Of a stretch of 64,000 bases of DNA, positions 23,238-37,572 are shown piece by piece. Positions within the stretch are counted from its first letter, which is position 1. Each line of letters opens with the position of its first letter. The stretch covers positions 71,116,001 to 71,180,000 of the forward strand of contig NC_045697.1 in the NCBI RefSeq assembly GCF_009834535.1, in the 5' to 3' direction. The notes under the pieces were generated by a model. The model did not search any database, was not told the origin of the DNA, and worked only from the letters and a program-made list of their open reading frames with translations. The stretch is from Camelus ferus. Lineage: Eukaryota. The position numbers were made by a program, and so were the translations under genes.

Positions 23238-26200
23238 TTTTTTTTTTTTACAAAAGCTAATCACCCAAATTTGAAATGAAAAGGCATTTGTGTCAGAATG
23301 AGGCTCAGCCATCAGATATGGAGAATTATTATTTTGATGTGGGACATTTGAGCAAGGCCCACCCTCCCATATTTGGTCAGTCACTTCTAATTTTAAAAGA
23401 CATCTTAGCCCATGTTACACAGGTTTGTAAAAACCATGTTTTTCATTTTCTTATTGCTAATTGATATACCGACCTCATGACCATGAAAACAAAGTTTATT
23501 TTTCATTAATTAAAATTAAAACTCATCTGCAACTTAGAAAGGATGGGTAGTGGAGAGCTGTAGGCACAAGGACCTGTCTGCTCCCTCCTTCATTCCACAG
23601 CCCTCTCAGGACTTATTTACATCCCTACAAAAGGGGAAATGCAGTGTCTGCTACAAGATCCAAATTAATCTAGTTAAAAGCTCTCTGCGCTCCTGATCAC
23701 TGAACACTGGAACAGAACTGAGGGTTGCAGTATTAGCTGCAGAGCAACAGTAATAGCCATGAAAAAAAGGGCTGCAGCAATGGGAACAAGGCAGCTGCTA
23801 TTTGCTGGGCACTTGTTCTATCTACGTGCCGTGGTTGCAGCATTTCACTTTATCTGAGTGACTGGCCTGAGACTAACACCCCATTTCTTCAAAGACGAGA
23901 GAGATGAGGTTTACGGAGGTGAACTAACTTGTCCATTGGTAACAGCTAGGAACTTGCAGATCCCGTATGCTAATCTAGAGGGCCATGATTTTTTAATCCT
24001 GATACCACCCTACGTAGGATGAAAATAAACTCACTGTCTCACTGTCTAGGGTATGCACCTCAAGTGAACTGCACAGCAGAGAGGAAATCACTTCATCTTT
24101 TCTCACCTCTTTTCACACCATTCTTCTTGATTATTTTCCTTCAGTGAAACTGGCTAGGCAGAAGTTTGAGTGATGATCAGAGACTGCTAAACAGACCACA
24201 GTGGGGAAAGAATCTATAAACTGGCTCACTGCCACCATATCCTTAATAAGCTAACCAGCCACAAGTAACTTTGAAAGGGCCTAAAAAAACTCACGTAATT
24301 TAACATTTCCTTAATTCAGATTCTTAAATGGAAGGAATTATTTTACATCAGTAATGCACACAATTTACTTTCTAATTTCCACCTAGCTTTGATATATATT
24401 TAATAAGTATTACCAGCTTATCTCTTGAAGAAAGTGAAAAAAAAATCAGTACTTAAGATTAAGCTAAAGTCCACCTTTGAAGGAGTTGGCCTTTAATGTT
24501 TAAAACATGAGGTAGAGAATTTCAAATGAAGAATTTCTGTTCCATATTTATGATTATCTGATAATCTCCTCTTCATCACATATTCAAATGGCCAATCAAA
24601 TGTTACCATATAAAAACTAAATAAAAACCATATGTAATTAGGATTTTAAAAGGGATGCTGAATATCTACAAATTTCTCCGAACTAAACTGAGTTCTTGAA
24701 ATGGGAGCCTAATTTTCAAAGTCAATGTTGTATAAAGAAAGAATCAGATTATGCTAATAAAGACCAAAGCAAACATGCATATTACTTTAAGAAAACAGTA
24801 AGTAATGTACAAAGGATCTTTTGTTTGGAATGGAAACAAAAGTCTTTGGAAGTCATTTCAAAAATATTCTCCATCATAAGCAGTAAAGGATATAAGATTC
24901 TGATGGCAGGTAAAAGCAGAACTAGATGTTTTAAACGCATACCACCAGATGGCATCTTAAATCCAACAGCACATTCAGAGACTGTGAGTTAACTGAGTTT
25001 CTGAAATGGAATCAAATTCATAAATTCCAAATAGATTTTTTTAATATTAAAATGTCTGACACTAATAAACTCCAAAGAACCCAACAATAACAGTCCTGAA
25101 TATAACCAAAATACATGAATCTGAAAAGAAAGGCACTATAAATAAAATGGTGACCTTGACATCAATCTTTATTTTAAAGTTTGGCTAATATTTTTGTGTT
25201 TCCTACATTACTACCTACCATTTTTCTTTCTACTAATCCTAGTTTTACTCTATCAGAGGGCTTCGTTTATTGTAAATGTGAAAAAAGACAGAGCAGAGAG
25301 CATTACAAAGAAAAATATTAAGAAGAAAAGCTTATAGAAAAAATAAAACAGGTCAAGTTTCCTTTCACCTACATATATGACTCTCATGAAGTTGAAGTTC
25401 AAAAGCCTTGGTGTCCAAACCTTAAATATTTTGAGGAACTGAATGAAACAATGCTGCCATGCCTAAAACCAGCTGGTACCTGGACCGCAGTGTCAAATAT
25501 GAATGGGAATTAATTACAGAGAAGCATATCATACACCAAACCGGAGCCAAAAAGTAACCATCTGGGAGCAGGAATTGAAATCATGTTCAGAATATTAACA
25601 TACAATGCTGTTTCATAAAAATCTCCGAAACAGACTCGATTATCCCCTGGGTGTGGGATTTGTTGGTTGGTTTTTCCTACCATCACATAATCAGTAATAT
25701 CCTATTTTTACAAAACACATTTTACTAGAAATGTTATTTTCATGTGATAAAAGTAACTTAAAGGAGACTTGTTACCAGTTTGTAATTTATTCTTGAATTA
25801 GGTTTATGTATATATACAGTGTTTTACACACACCTTTTAGAGTTTAATATAAGGAAAAGAACACTGGACTTTTTTGAGAGCTTTTTTTTCCCTCCTCCTC
25901 AACAGACTGACTTAGGTCTCAAACCGTTCTGTGGATTTCACGTTACTTCACGAGGTGATGCTCACTCCATGATCCTGGGGAGAGCCGGACAAAATAGAAG
26001 AAAAAGCGATGTGACCACCCACCCCCCAAGACAAAAGCAAAGCCAAGACTGAACTAAAGGTCTTCTCTCAGGGAACATATTTTAACATTAGCAGGATGTG
26101 ACAATAGAAGTATTTAGTTAATATTTCAATAATACATTTTATATATGAAGATACCATGTTAAATAGTGGTAAAGCAGCTGACTCAAAACTGAATATTATT

Positions 26201-26334
26201 CTCTTACTAATCCACTAACTAAACCACAGACTGTTCTATAAGCAACTGCTTCTGATGGCTTATATATTTATCCAGTATCTCATTTGTCCAAAACCCTCCA
26301 CTTCAGACGGATACCAAGAACTACAACACTAGAT

Positions 26335-26463
26335 GATCTGAGGTTGGCTGAATCTAGGGGTGCAAAACCACATATATATGTAGGGCCAACTATAAGTTAT
26401 ATGTACGTTTTCAACTCTGAAGAATCAGTACCCCTAAACCCCTGGTTGTACAAGGGTCAACTA
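26335..26463. mobile_element. TcMar-Tigger terminus (Tigger2/MER8-like)
   Basis: ggttggctgaatc, aagttatatgtacgttttcaact and cccctaaacccctggttgtacaagggtcaact, a Tigger-type TIR. Confidence 0.65.
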
Positions 26464-26559
26464 TAGTTAAATGCTACACTGCGTGGCTACTCACAGATTT
26501 AATGATTTCATGGACCTGTAAAATTAACTTCTAGCCACAAATAAAATGGGAATAGACAC

Positions 26560-26770
26560 AGTGGAACTGCCTGGGTTTTAATACTGGTTCTGGCACTTTC
26601 TAGCTCAGTCACCTTAGGTACAATACTCAATTTCACTGAGCTTCAGTTTCCTCATTTGTAAAACTGAGCTGATCACAGCACCTCCTTCGTAGAATTGTAT
26701 GAGAACTCAGAGTTAAAAAGTACAGTGTTACAATGGTAACTGGCAAAAAACCCCAAGAACTTTAAATGTT
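26560..26770 (+). mobile_element. MIR SINE
   Basis: actgcctgggtttta..ctgagcttcagtttcctcatttgtaaaa core. Confidence 0.75.
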
Positions 26771-27588
26771 AGCCTTACAACAAAATTAAGTCCTTGAAAG
26801 CTACAAAAAAACAATTATTATCTACTGCCCTTAAACACTCAACTATTTGTAAAAAGTACTGACTTACAGCAAATTGAAAAGGACAGAGTACAGTGTGTCT
26901 TAAAGCAAAATCTATGTTCATGTAATTATGATATAATTGTAATGACTGTCAAAAGTCTCCTCTGGATGCTGTTACATGTTTATTGCGGTTACATTATTAC
27001 TGACTTGTACACTACATACAAGTGCTGAATTCCTGACGTTCAGCGATTCTTAATATAATATTGTCTTCACTCCCACACAATTCACTGAAAGATGCTTTTG
27101 ACCCTGTTTTCCTTTATAAATTGTCCCAGCAGGAGCTTTCTACATCAACTCTCAAAGAGTCTATAAAGACAAGGACTACACAGGTTTCTCACTGGGAAAA
27201 ACTACATAAACTCTCTGTCCCAAATATGCTAAGCACTCTTGTTTGGTCTTCCCCCCTTGAGTTACAGCAAAATGTTTTTATTTAAAATATAGTAAATTAT
27301 AATCAAGAGGCAAAATAATTTACTCCCTCTCTTTCTTGAGAACCTTTAACAGCATGCTTATTTAGTATGTTTTCTTCAGTAATGAGCAAGAACAAATTCC
27401 AGCCAAATTTGAACTGAAACAACTGATCTTTTCAACCTAATGCAGAGGTAGAATGCAGTATATGTATATTACATGCACTGCACAGGTAACAGAGTGGAAC
27501 AGCTGAGCATCTGTTATGTAGATAGATGCCTTTTCAGAGCAAGGTCTTCAGCGTACTAGCTCTGAGACGTCAGGCCAGTTACTTCAAC

Positions 27589-27755
27589 CAGTCGTTCCCA
27601 CAGTGGGGTCCCGGGTCAAGGGTATCATTCTCATCAAGTTCTCAGGCCCTACTCCAGACCCACGGAATCAGAAACTCTGGAGGTGGGACTCAGCAATCTG
27701 GGTTTTATGAAGCCTTTCCGGCAATTCTGATCCACGCTCAAGTCTGAGAAACACA
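27589..27755 (-). mobile_element. MER5A-like MITE
   Basis: tctcaggccctactccagaccc..gaatcagaaactctggaggtggg..cagcaatctg...ctcaagtctgagaaacac. Confidence 0.7.
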
Positions 27756-28859
27756 ACTCTCTGAGATGCCCTTTTCTCATTTGGAAGATGGGTTTCCTAA
27801 GACCAACCTTGAGAAACCAGGGAGGAAAACAGATAAGGGAAAAGACACAGGCTCTCTAATGACCTTTCATCTGACTGTTATCTTTTTTTTTTTTTAAATC
27901 AAGGGTCCAAATTAAGGGGAATAAGAACATCAAACTGGTGTGCTGTGGCCACAGGCCGGGCCTGAAATGTGCTGATCTGCCAGCAGTGGGCTGGGTACCA
28001 AAATAGGCCTCTGGCTGCAAGGCAGGCCCTAAAGCCTTGGCCACTGAAATCACAAGTGGGCAAAATGCCCCAGGAGTCATGTTTTATCCCCATATAAACT
28101 AAGGCCACGTTGCTCTGATAGTGACAAATGACAGAACGAGGAGACTAGACACTGATCTTTTAGTTCTCAAAAGACTCTGGATTCTCACCCCTACTTGACT
28201 CTCCCCGGAGTAAAGGCATGGGGAATTCTCCTAATTGACGTCAGCTGCTGTAAGGGAAGGAATGCCATGACCTTAAACTTGGCCACTGGCTCACTCTCAC
28301 ATCCAGGAACAAAGCCAGAGGGTTCTCCTGGCAACTGCCTGACATGCTAAATGGCAGACACAGCCACTGAGGGAATCCTTCACTGCCCGAGGGACAGATC
28401 CCCCACCGCAGGAAACAGACAGAGCGGAGAGATTAGCAGTTTGCCCAGCTGATGCTGGCCTATCCCCTAGGCCCAGAGAGCAGAAAATGAGTTCTAAATC
28501 ATTCTGTTCAAAGACCTAAGCTCCTGGTCTGCTTCTGTGTTATAAATGAGGGAAATTTTCTGTGCTAAGTCAAAGGGAAAACAGGAGAGTAAGAGAACTC
28601 GAAGGAGCGATGGAGTAAACTGGATCCCTGCATAAATCATCCTGCTATACTCAAGAAGTCCTCAGTAGAAATTAAATACAAACTCATCCGACATTTTAAG
28701 ATCAATGTTTACTATCATTTCTGAAAGGTCCTGTACTCAAAATCAGATTCAGTTCTCCTACTCTGACAAAGCCATCACCGTGGCCCCCTCGGACCAGTGT
28801 GAAAGGTTCCTGATCAACTCCGCTCCCAGGGGTTCCTCCCAGCTCACTTGACTCATCTC

Positions 28860-29420
28860 ATCCGGATGCTATTCTGGCCGCAGATTTGATTGCGTAACTC
28901 CCCTGCTCCAAAACCCTTTCGACGTCTCGGTGCCTACAGAACAGTAACTGAACATCTAAGTGTTGCTTAGGGCAGACTAATATCTGACCCTGACCATCCA
29001 ACCTGTCTCACCACCCACCTCCCCAGCCACTCACACCCTCTGAGACCCTGTCTTCCCATAGCCAACCTCTAAGATCATGCCTTCCCATTTTACAAAAAAA
29101 AAAAAAAAAAAAATCAGTGTCTTTAATATGCTGTTGTCTCTGCCCAGAATAACCTCTGCTAGCTTTTTCACATGGTAAAATTTCACTTACCACAGATGCT
29201 CCAGTTCAAATATCATGCAACCTGTCAAGACTCTTCTGGCTTTCCTGCATTCCTTTTTCTGAGTTCCCATAATAATTTACAGGCACCTCCATTAGTTCTT
29301 AACAAATTTTATAGTAATTATCTATTAATGTATCTGACTTCCCAAGTAGATCTTGAGTTCTCTAGTCAAGGACCACACCTCATCTGTTTCGTCTGCAATT
29401 TCTAACCTTCTGAAACAGTT
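28860..29420 (+). mobile_element. Degraded LINE-2 fragment with an internal A20 run
   Basis: gtaactcccctgctccaaaaccctt, ctctgcccagaat, ccagttcaaatatca and agatcttgagttc...aggaccac. Confidence 0.5.
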
Positions 29421-29769
29421 CTCCATCCACATTCAGGACAGATAGGATCCAAGCTCTTTAACAGCTTAACTCAAAGATGTAATACAATAATCAATGGACA
29501 CTGTCAGGGAAATACTTAAAAGGTAGGAAAACTTTTTAAAGTTAGCTCTATCCAGTTGGATATGTGTAAATTTGCTTGAATAAATCTAGGTTATAGCTTT
29601 TCATTTAACTAATAGTTTGATGCATGTACCTTTCAGCAAATATCTGATTCAGTTTTCTTGTTATATTCTGAGCCCTGGAAAGACAGAGACCAGGTCTTAT
29701 CCACTTGTGTATAACCTACACCACCTGTACCAGGTAAATGTTTGTTAAATTGAATTCCCAAATGAGTTG

Positions 29770-30119
29770 TATCTTAGTTCAGGCTGCTATTACAAAATAC
29801 CTTAAGCTGGCGCTTAAAGAGCAAACATTTATTTCTCACAGCTCTGGAGGCTGAAAAGTCCAAAATCAAGGTGCTGGCATATCCAGTGCTTATGAGGGCT
29901 CTACTCCTGGTTTGCAGATGCCCATCTTCCTCTGTATCCCCACGTGGAGGAATGAGAGAAGGCTTCCCATCTCTTTCTCTTGCTTTAAGGGCACTAATCC
30001 TGTTATGTGAGGTCCACCCTCAGGACTCATCTAAAATCTAATTCCCTCCCAAAACGTCACCTCCAAATAACATCATACTGGGGATGAAGGCTTCAAAATG
30101 TAACAATCAGTCCATAGCA
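29770..30119 (-). mobile_element. MaLR solo LTR, MLT1A-like
   Basis: tcttagttcaggctgctattacaaaatacc...atttatttctcacagctctggaggctg...cagtccatagca. Perfect 5-bp TSD AGTTG at 29765-29769 and 30120-30124. Confidence 0.88.
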
Positions 30120-33100
30120 AGTTGCTACCCAGCTATCTGGCAACATTTTTTAACATTCCACCTGTATGCTTGCAAGGAAACAAAGATAAATTAAACTCAA
30201 GTTTCAAAAAAGAGTCCAAAAGGGAAGACGCTTTCCTTTACGAAATGCCTCCAATACAGAAACACATTCTTCAAATTAAATCTCTGAAACAGCTACCATT
30301 CTAATCAGGAAAGTTAATTTAGAGAAAAGAGCAGAACGTAACTCATACCTCACTTGTTTTGACTGGGGACCCACAGCTAATCCTCACTTCTACTCCCATG
30401 GAGATGGTTACTGGCTTCCCTAAATCCATGCTCCAGAAGGGCAAGGTACACAGAGCTTTAACTCCTTCCCCAGAAGGACACAGGAAGGGAGCCAGGTTGG
30501 GACTGGACAGTTTCCTGATCCTTCTTCTCCAAAATAAAAAGTACAGAATTTTAAGGGAAAAAATCCTAAATGAACATAAACCTTTTACTGCTTTAAAAAC
30601 ACTTGAGGGAGAGGAGAGAAGGAGAGTTGGGCAGCTTTGTAAATTTAAACATTAAAGAGAACTGCTGAAGGAATGAAATAATGTCCAGATTTCAAATAAT
30701 CAAGACACTAATTTCTAGATTTTTCTTTAAATGGGAGGGAACCATGGCACAGGCATTAGCACAACTCCTCTCGAAACATTTGAGAGTGAAACATTTTTAT
30801 TAATCAAAAGTAGGACAGAAGAAAAGTGGAGGGAAAGCTGGGGAGTGGCTTTTGAACATAATTAAAAAATATTTGCCATTTGTTTGGTTTTGTGAGTTTA
30901 CAGACCTGCTACACTTAAAGCTGAATTCCAGACCAGAAGTTACCAGTCAGTTTCTACCCAGACCACTCGCCTTACATTTTTAGGAATCTGCCACACGCAG
31001 GTGAGAAGCTATTTCTAATACCACTTGAAAATCTCCATACAGACAGGCTTCAGGCTATTTTTTTCCTGCTAAATTAAAAGCCCTTGCTTCTTTCCCTTTA
31101 ATATTTTTTCATGGGTTTCCATTTGTAACTCTATTATTTTCCTTCTTACCCCTCTCCTCTTCTACTTCTTTTCTTCCTTCTCCTCTGAACTGTTTAAGTT
31201 CTCCATTTTTCTTAAATGTTGAATTCCGGACTATATAAAGAATGCTGTACCCTGAAGCTCTGTATGTAAACCATGCCTTTTCTTGCATAGCCTAGTGCTA
31301 ATAAAATATAACTTTATTGATTCAGTTACCCAAATAACAAATATTCTACATTTAAAAATAAATATTACACTGCTGGTTCAGCCATCCAGATGAAATAAAA
31401 TCTCAACACAGTCATATTCATAAAATGTTACTCATAAGTTAGAAGAAGTATCTTGAAATACAAGGAGATTGTGATTTTCTCCAGTCCATGTGCTCTGCTT
31501 GTATTTTGCAGTCCTCTGTGTTTCAGCTTTTGCCTGAAAGCTCACTGGCTGGAAGACGAGGCTATGAATTTAGCTTTCGGGTGAATTATATGCAAAAGGC
31601 TTTCCCCTCTTTTATCCAAATGTTAAAATAAATTACCCTCCGCCACTTACATTCCGTATTTTTATAGTTCCAGAAAAAGGGGAAAGAGATCTCTGCGATG
31701 GAATCTTCTGGAGGCTCTAGGACTTTGCCTTCCTAAGAAACATGACCAGCCCTTTAGAGGACAGCTTTCCCTGCCTGGGCTCTATTTCAGGAGCGCTCTG
31801 CAGCCTGTGTGTCCCCCCAGCTGCTTCTGCCACCATCTAAAGGGCTCTGTTGTTGTTTCTCCCCCAGGGAAAGCTATACATAACTGAGTCCTGATTTCCA
31901 AAGTCTCTTCATATCTATATTCTGAGATTTGCCGAAGCATTAGCAGGAATCTCACTAGAAAAATCTAACTTTTTCTAGCAACCGCTCCTGGATATGAGGG
32001 CGATGAGTCTACAGGCTCCAGAAAGTTTCGGGGATAAAGCATCATGGATCTGACTCTTCCAGAATCTCCCCTGTGCGTCCGTCCAGGACAGAGCCTCATC
32101 AAAGGGAAGAGCCGGCCGCACCCCAGAAAGCACATTCCTCTAAGTGTCTATTGTGCATGTCTCCTTTTAGTTGTAATTATCATCTCCATGAACATCTACG
32201 AGGCTCATTAGTAAGTTTAACATGAGCTCTTCATTGGCAGTCACAGAAATGGAAAAAATATCATAACACATCATATTTATATATCATGTCACATTATGAT
32301 ATAATAGAACAGCATAATAAAATATCAAGCCAGTCATTCTTACCAAAACTAAACAAGCTTAATGATATAGATATCATTTAAAGCTACTATTTTACTATTT
32401 ATTTATAGGTGGGATTTACAGTCAATCTTTTAAAGTAGTTTCTTTGCTGATGGATTTCAAGCTCATATTTAGATATTAAAAAACTGTAATATTTTAATAT
32501 CTAAGAAAGCAAGGCATGTACACATTTGTTTTGTCCTTACATTTTCACAGTATCTTTGAGTAGAAGATAAATAATGCATGACTCCATTTAAATACATGGA
32601 AAATGGGGTTCATAGTGATACACACAGGGTAAGTGTGTAGCTTGACTTAGTCACCACTGGTCCAATGCTGACTTAACACCATTGGAGCCATTTTTTCCTG
32701 TTGCCTGGCCCCAAACACAATCATTATTTTTATGAGTTACAAACAAGAAAAACAGCATTGCCAACCAAAACCAGAATGTAAATAACGTCAGTTTCTTTGG
32801 AATAGGAACCATTAGGGACATTTTAATCAAGCAAGGTCTAGTCTGATATTCAAGAGGGCTTTTCTTGCTTCTAACAGTCACCATCAAAAATATATCTGAA
32901 GGCCAGTAATATTATGAGTACATGGAGATTTGAAAGAAAGAAGCAATCAGTAGTATGCATGAAATATTTTAAATGCCCTCTTCATTTTGAAAAAGACAAT
33001 ATTCTATGTCTAAATTTCTTCCCTTTGCCAGAATGATAATAATTAAGGAGAAAAATAAATGTTTTTTAAGCTTCTCTAGAAATAAAAAACTGCAAGTTCA

Positions 33101-33328
33101 GAAAACATCCCAAAATGTAGATGAAAAGCCCCTACTATTTGACCTTCTATAACATACAAAACTTTTTGACACGATTTAATGTTTACGGTCTAAGAGAAGT
33201 TCCATTTATGCCAAATATGTATCTGCCCTTAAGAAGTAACAGAACAAAAACACTCAGGAAGGAAAGACATATATTCTAGGCACAAAATGCTATAGGAAGG
33301 AGAGAGATTTGGTCTTCTTCCTGCAGTT

Positions 33329-33516
33329 CAGTGGTTCTCAAACTTTAATGTGCATCACAATCACCTAGAGGACTTGATAAAGCAGATTGCTGGGCTTCAC
33401 CCCCAGAGAATCTGATTCGGTAGTGCTGGGCTAGGGGCTGAGAAAGGACCTTTTAACAAGCTTCCAGGTGGTGATGAAGGTGATGCTAGTCTGGGATGAT
33501 GCTCTGAAAACCACTG
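33329..33516 (+). mobile_element. hAT-Charlie MITE, MER5A-like
   Basis: About 190 bp with TIRs cagtggttctcaaa ... tctgaaaaccactg and the core gattgctgggcttcacccccagagaatctgattcggtag. Confidence 0.85.
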
Positions 33517-33894
33517 CTTTAACTTAGTCATGCAATCTACCACTTGGAAGCCTACGCATGCTTTGTCTGATCTTTCCCAATGACTATCCTGTGTTCTTTG
33601 TGACAGTGTTCAACTGACAAACAGTATCGCTTCTTAGTTAAAGTATTACTTCAGAATATCTCCATCATCTCTAAGTTACACAACACTTTTTAGAGCATCA
33701 CATCATGTGAATATTTAACACAGGAAAGTAAAAATATTGTTACAAGGGCATAAAATCTTCAGTTCCTAATGTACAGATCTGGCAGTAAAAGAATAAAAGG
33801 AAGAAGGTGTCTGAAGATTCACTGGTGTCTAGGATTTCTGATTCGATGTTAAAAACAACAAACTGTGGGCCCAAGTGGACAGTCTCCATCCTCA

Positions 33895-34131
<237 letters not shown>

Positions 34132-35415
34132 TTAGCCAGAATTCAGCAACAAATGATTCAATGACAACCACCAAATATCCATCCCTAGCACTGACCACCT
34201 ATCGGAGTATTTACAAAGTTCCCACATTCAGACGTGATCAAGGGCTCTCAAGACTACCTTCTTCCCTTGATTCTGGATGGAATGTGATTGCTGAAAGGAA
34301 ATTCACAGCTCTTCCTCATCCAGTACCCATCCTGGGCATCTAGAAGTTCCCGATTGAGTTAATAACACAAAAGGAGAGAGATTTGTTTCTGTGAGGCAAT
34401 AAACAGTTCAGCAAAAGGAAAGAATTCCTGTCCATCTATCCACCCCATTTTGACTCTGGCAAAATGCTTCTCTGCTAAGAAGCAGGCTAGTCTACTGGGA
34501 TTGGAGAAATAGGAAAAGGCCTGCCAGACTAGATTTGCCCTCCAATGGGAGTCACATCTCTGAGAAAACTCACAGATTCACTAAGGATAAAGCAGGAAAC
34601 TGAGAGTGAAGAGGCAAAAATGCACTGAATATTGAACAGAAAATCAGGACTTGCATGCGCATGTACAGAAGGAATCTCTCCACAGCCAGAGGACTGCACA
34701 ACAGCAGGAGGCGGCACCGGGAGTTTAGGAATAGGACACAAAGACAACCTGAACTGATTGTTCAGACTGAGAGCCAACCATTCTCTCTTCCACTGGCACC
34801 CCCAGGCCTCCTTAACACTAAGAAGCTCTTTTGTAGCTACTGTCCTTCCTAATGACTCTGAATACATCCATTCACTCACTCAGCCAGAGGATATTCACTA
34901 AACTCCCACAAGGTGCCGGGACATCCAAAGATCCACGGTCAGAGACGGCATTGCGAAAGTGAAATTTCTGATACGTGGCCAAGAAGCCCCTTCAGTGAGG
35001 GAAACTCATTATTTCTTTACTTCACATGAAGGTTCATTTACTGGACAACTCAGATCTATGAAAAGTATCTTGAACCAGCATAAGCATTGTTTCATGTAAC
35101 TTTCATCTACCATGAGCATTACACCGCGTGCAAAAGAACATCTCTATCTGAGGCTCCTCTCTTAGGTAAAACACTTGATGTTGTGGAATAAACCAAGCCC
35201 TCTCACTGCCTAAAAGCATCTCTCCAAGAAGCATGATTTATGGTAGACCTATGCCAAGAAATTTTGTGCAATCCATGGCACAGACTGTTATCCAAGAGAA
35301 ATTACAACTACTTAAGAGAAAAGAAAAATCAGGAAATGAGAAGGTACTGAGGGATGCAAGCTTGATTTTCCCAATAATCCAGGCATATCTATTGAACGAC
35401 ACTACCAAAACGAAG

Positions 35416-35942
35416 CAGCCATGGCAGACTCGGTGGATACGCATGAGGCATCTGTGGCCAGATGAACCTGGGTGCAGACCTCAGCTCTGCACACTCCGCA
35501 GCTGCATGACCTTGGGCCAGCTAAATAGATAACCTCCTTTGGCTTCCATTACCTCACCTGTAAAGTGGGGATTATATCTATCTAAGGATTGTTATAATAA
35601 TTAAAGTAAATAGTAATAGTAGCAGCTAACTTTTATAGTGTTTATTTTATGCCAGGCATTGTTTGGGTAAGAAAGTCAGACACAACAATAAAGCGGTAAG
35701 ATGAGTAAGGCATACAAGTGTTTATATATAAACTTATTGAGTCCCTATAACATTACTGCTGGGGAGAAACTTGATACTCAAAAATATTAAGCTCCTTGCC
35801 CAAGATAATCACCCAGTGATTTATACGCAGACCCATCAAGTGTAAACTCTGATGCCAGAATACTTGTGTTAACAGCTACACCACACTGCTTCCCAGAAAG
35901 TACTTAAGACAGTGCTTAATAATTAAAAAGTGATGAGTAAAT
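35416..35942. mobile_element. MIR (+) interrupted by a second MIR (-) at about 35611-35890
   Basis: The plus core gctgcatgaccttgggc...cctcacctgtaaagtgggga is followed by a minus copy (tatgccaggcattg...cttgcccaagat...ctacaccacactgc), after which the plus 3' end resumes (aaagtacttaagacagtgc). Confidence 0.6.
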
Positions 35943-37570
35943 CACTTTCTGGAATTGAAATTCTAATGAATACTGAGAGGTGTTTCTTAGAAAGACCACT
36001 TTCATTTTCAAAAATTATTTGGGGCAGCTTAGAATGGAATAGATATATAATACAAAAGCATATGTTAAAATAAAGGATGAAATGCCTAACTCCAAAGCGT
36101 AGCTTTAAAAGACAAGAAAAATAAAGTTAAGAATTAAATGAGGAGGTGAAAAAACAGGAAAGGAGGTCATTAGACTTCAAGCACTTGGGGAATATTTTGT
36201 CCATTTTCGTTTTTTGCCCTCCCACCTTTTTCTTGCCTGACTAACATAGATGCTGGTTAAGAAAACATGGAAACAAAATTTCGATGGCCACATTCCTTTA
36301 CCTGGATCTTTATGTATGGTTTGAAATTGGAAAAGATCTTACCTGGTGACTTCTCAAAATCCCTCAGATACATTGAGGGTGGAAAGGGGGACACTTCAAA
36401 AAGACACTTGGGGTAAGGCCAAGAGCTGATTTTTTTTTTTTTTTTCAAGTAAGTTCCAAAGGTATGAATTGGACAACTGTCAAGATTTAAGTGACTCTGC
36501 AAAACTGTCAGGCAAGAATCATAGAAGCGTAGAAGGGAAGGAGACGGATGTATTATCAGGCGGGGGGTCTCTGTCACACATGCACTAGGTGGCCCTGTTA
36601 AACTTAGGAGAGATCACAGGGTTCAACTTGAAAGAGCTGAAGCATTTCAGAAGCCGCGAGGCAAAAAGAGAGCACGCCAGGGAGGGCATCACCTTCATGA
36701 ACTAGACTTGCTCCAAGTCCCCAGACTCTCCAAGGCCAAGATCACTGCCATAACAGATGCTCCCACCCTTTGCTGCAGATCTTTACCTTCCAGTAATTGC
36801 TAATCCTAAGGTAGCTAGCGGGCTAAGGTAAAGCCGCCTGCTCTGAGGTATTGGAGCTGGTCCCAAATAAACAGGAGGGAGAAAAGAGAGCAAAAGGGCC
36901 AATCAGGAGGCTCTGTTTCCAACCGGATGATAGGAAAGGGCACTGATGAGATGGGCCCTTTACCAGTTAAACAGATGGCAAAGCCCACAGGGAAACAAGA
37001 TGGGCAGCAATGAGGCCAAAGAGTGAACACAGAGATGCTGTCAGCCAGAGAGAAGTTTTCTGTAGCGAAAATAAGAGTGGGCTAATATTTGTGTATTTGT
37101 GCACCTTTTGGCTTCATAAAGAAAATATCAGCCTTACAAAGGTCACATGTATTTGCTTTCTCTGTTCACCTAGAGACCTACATACACATCCGTGCCAAAT
37201 ATTGAGCAAAAACTACCTGGATCAAAGAATCCAATGTGCTTAGAAAACATTTCTTTCATTAACTCATTGTATAAGTGGCTTCACTTGATGTAAAAACATT
37301 GGATTTTCCCTTCCCTCCTTGGCTTTGAGTATTACAGCAAGTTGCTTTCACTGATACATGAGCAGGCCAGGACTGGAAGAATTAAGTTGGTGGATGCTAA
37401 TAAAAATTCTGAAATAACTATTGATATTTGGGCTGACTCTTTCCAAAATAATTTTCTCATAATTGCCTGTTAAGTAAAGAGTATGGTATTATAATAGACT
37501 TCTTAGAAGCATCCTAAAAATAGACAGAAACCCTCTCAGCTTTCTCTACTTCACAATTCTCACTCAGCGT

Positions 37571-37572
<2 letters not shown>

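Noticed and set aside
35416..35890. Inverted MIR pair near exon 2 as a functional dsRNA hairpin
   Set aside because: The copies are too diverged for an evident long stem. A nested insertion explains the arrangement.
37514..37523. MEF2 consensus CTAAAAATAG (also 22726 within L1, and TTAAAAATAG at 42461)
   Set aside because: Expected by chance in AT-rich sequence of this length, and there is no clustering.
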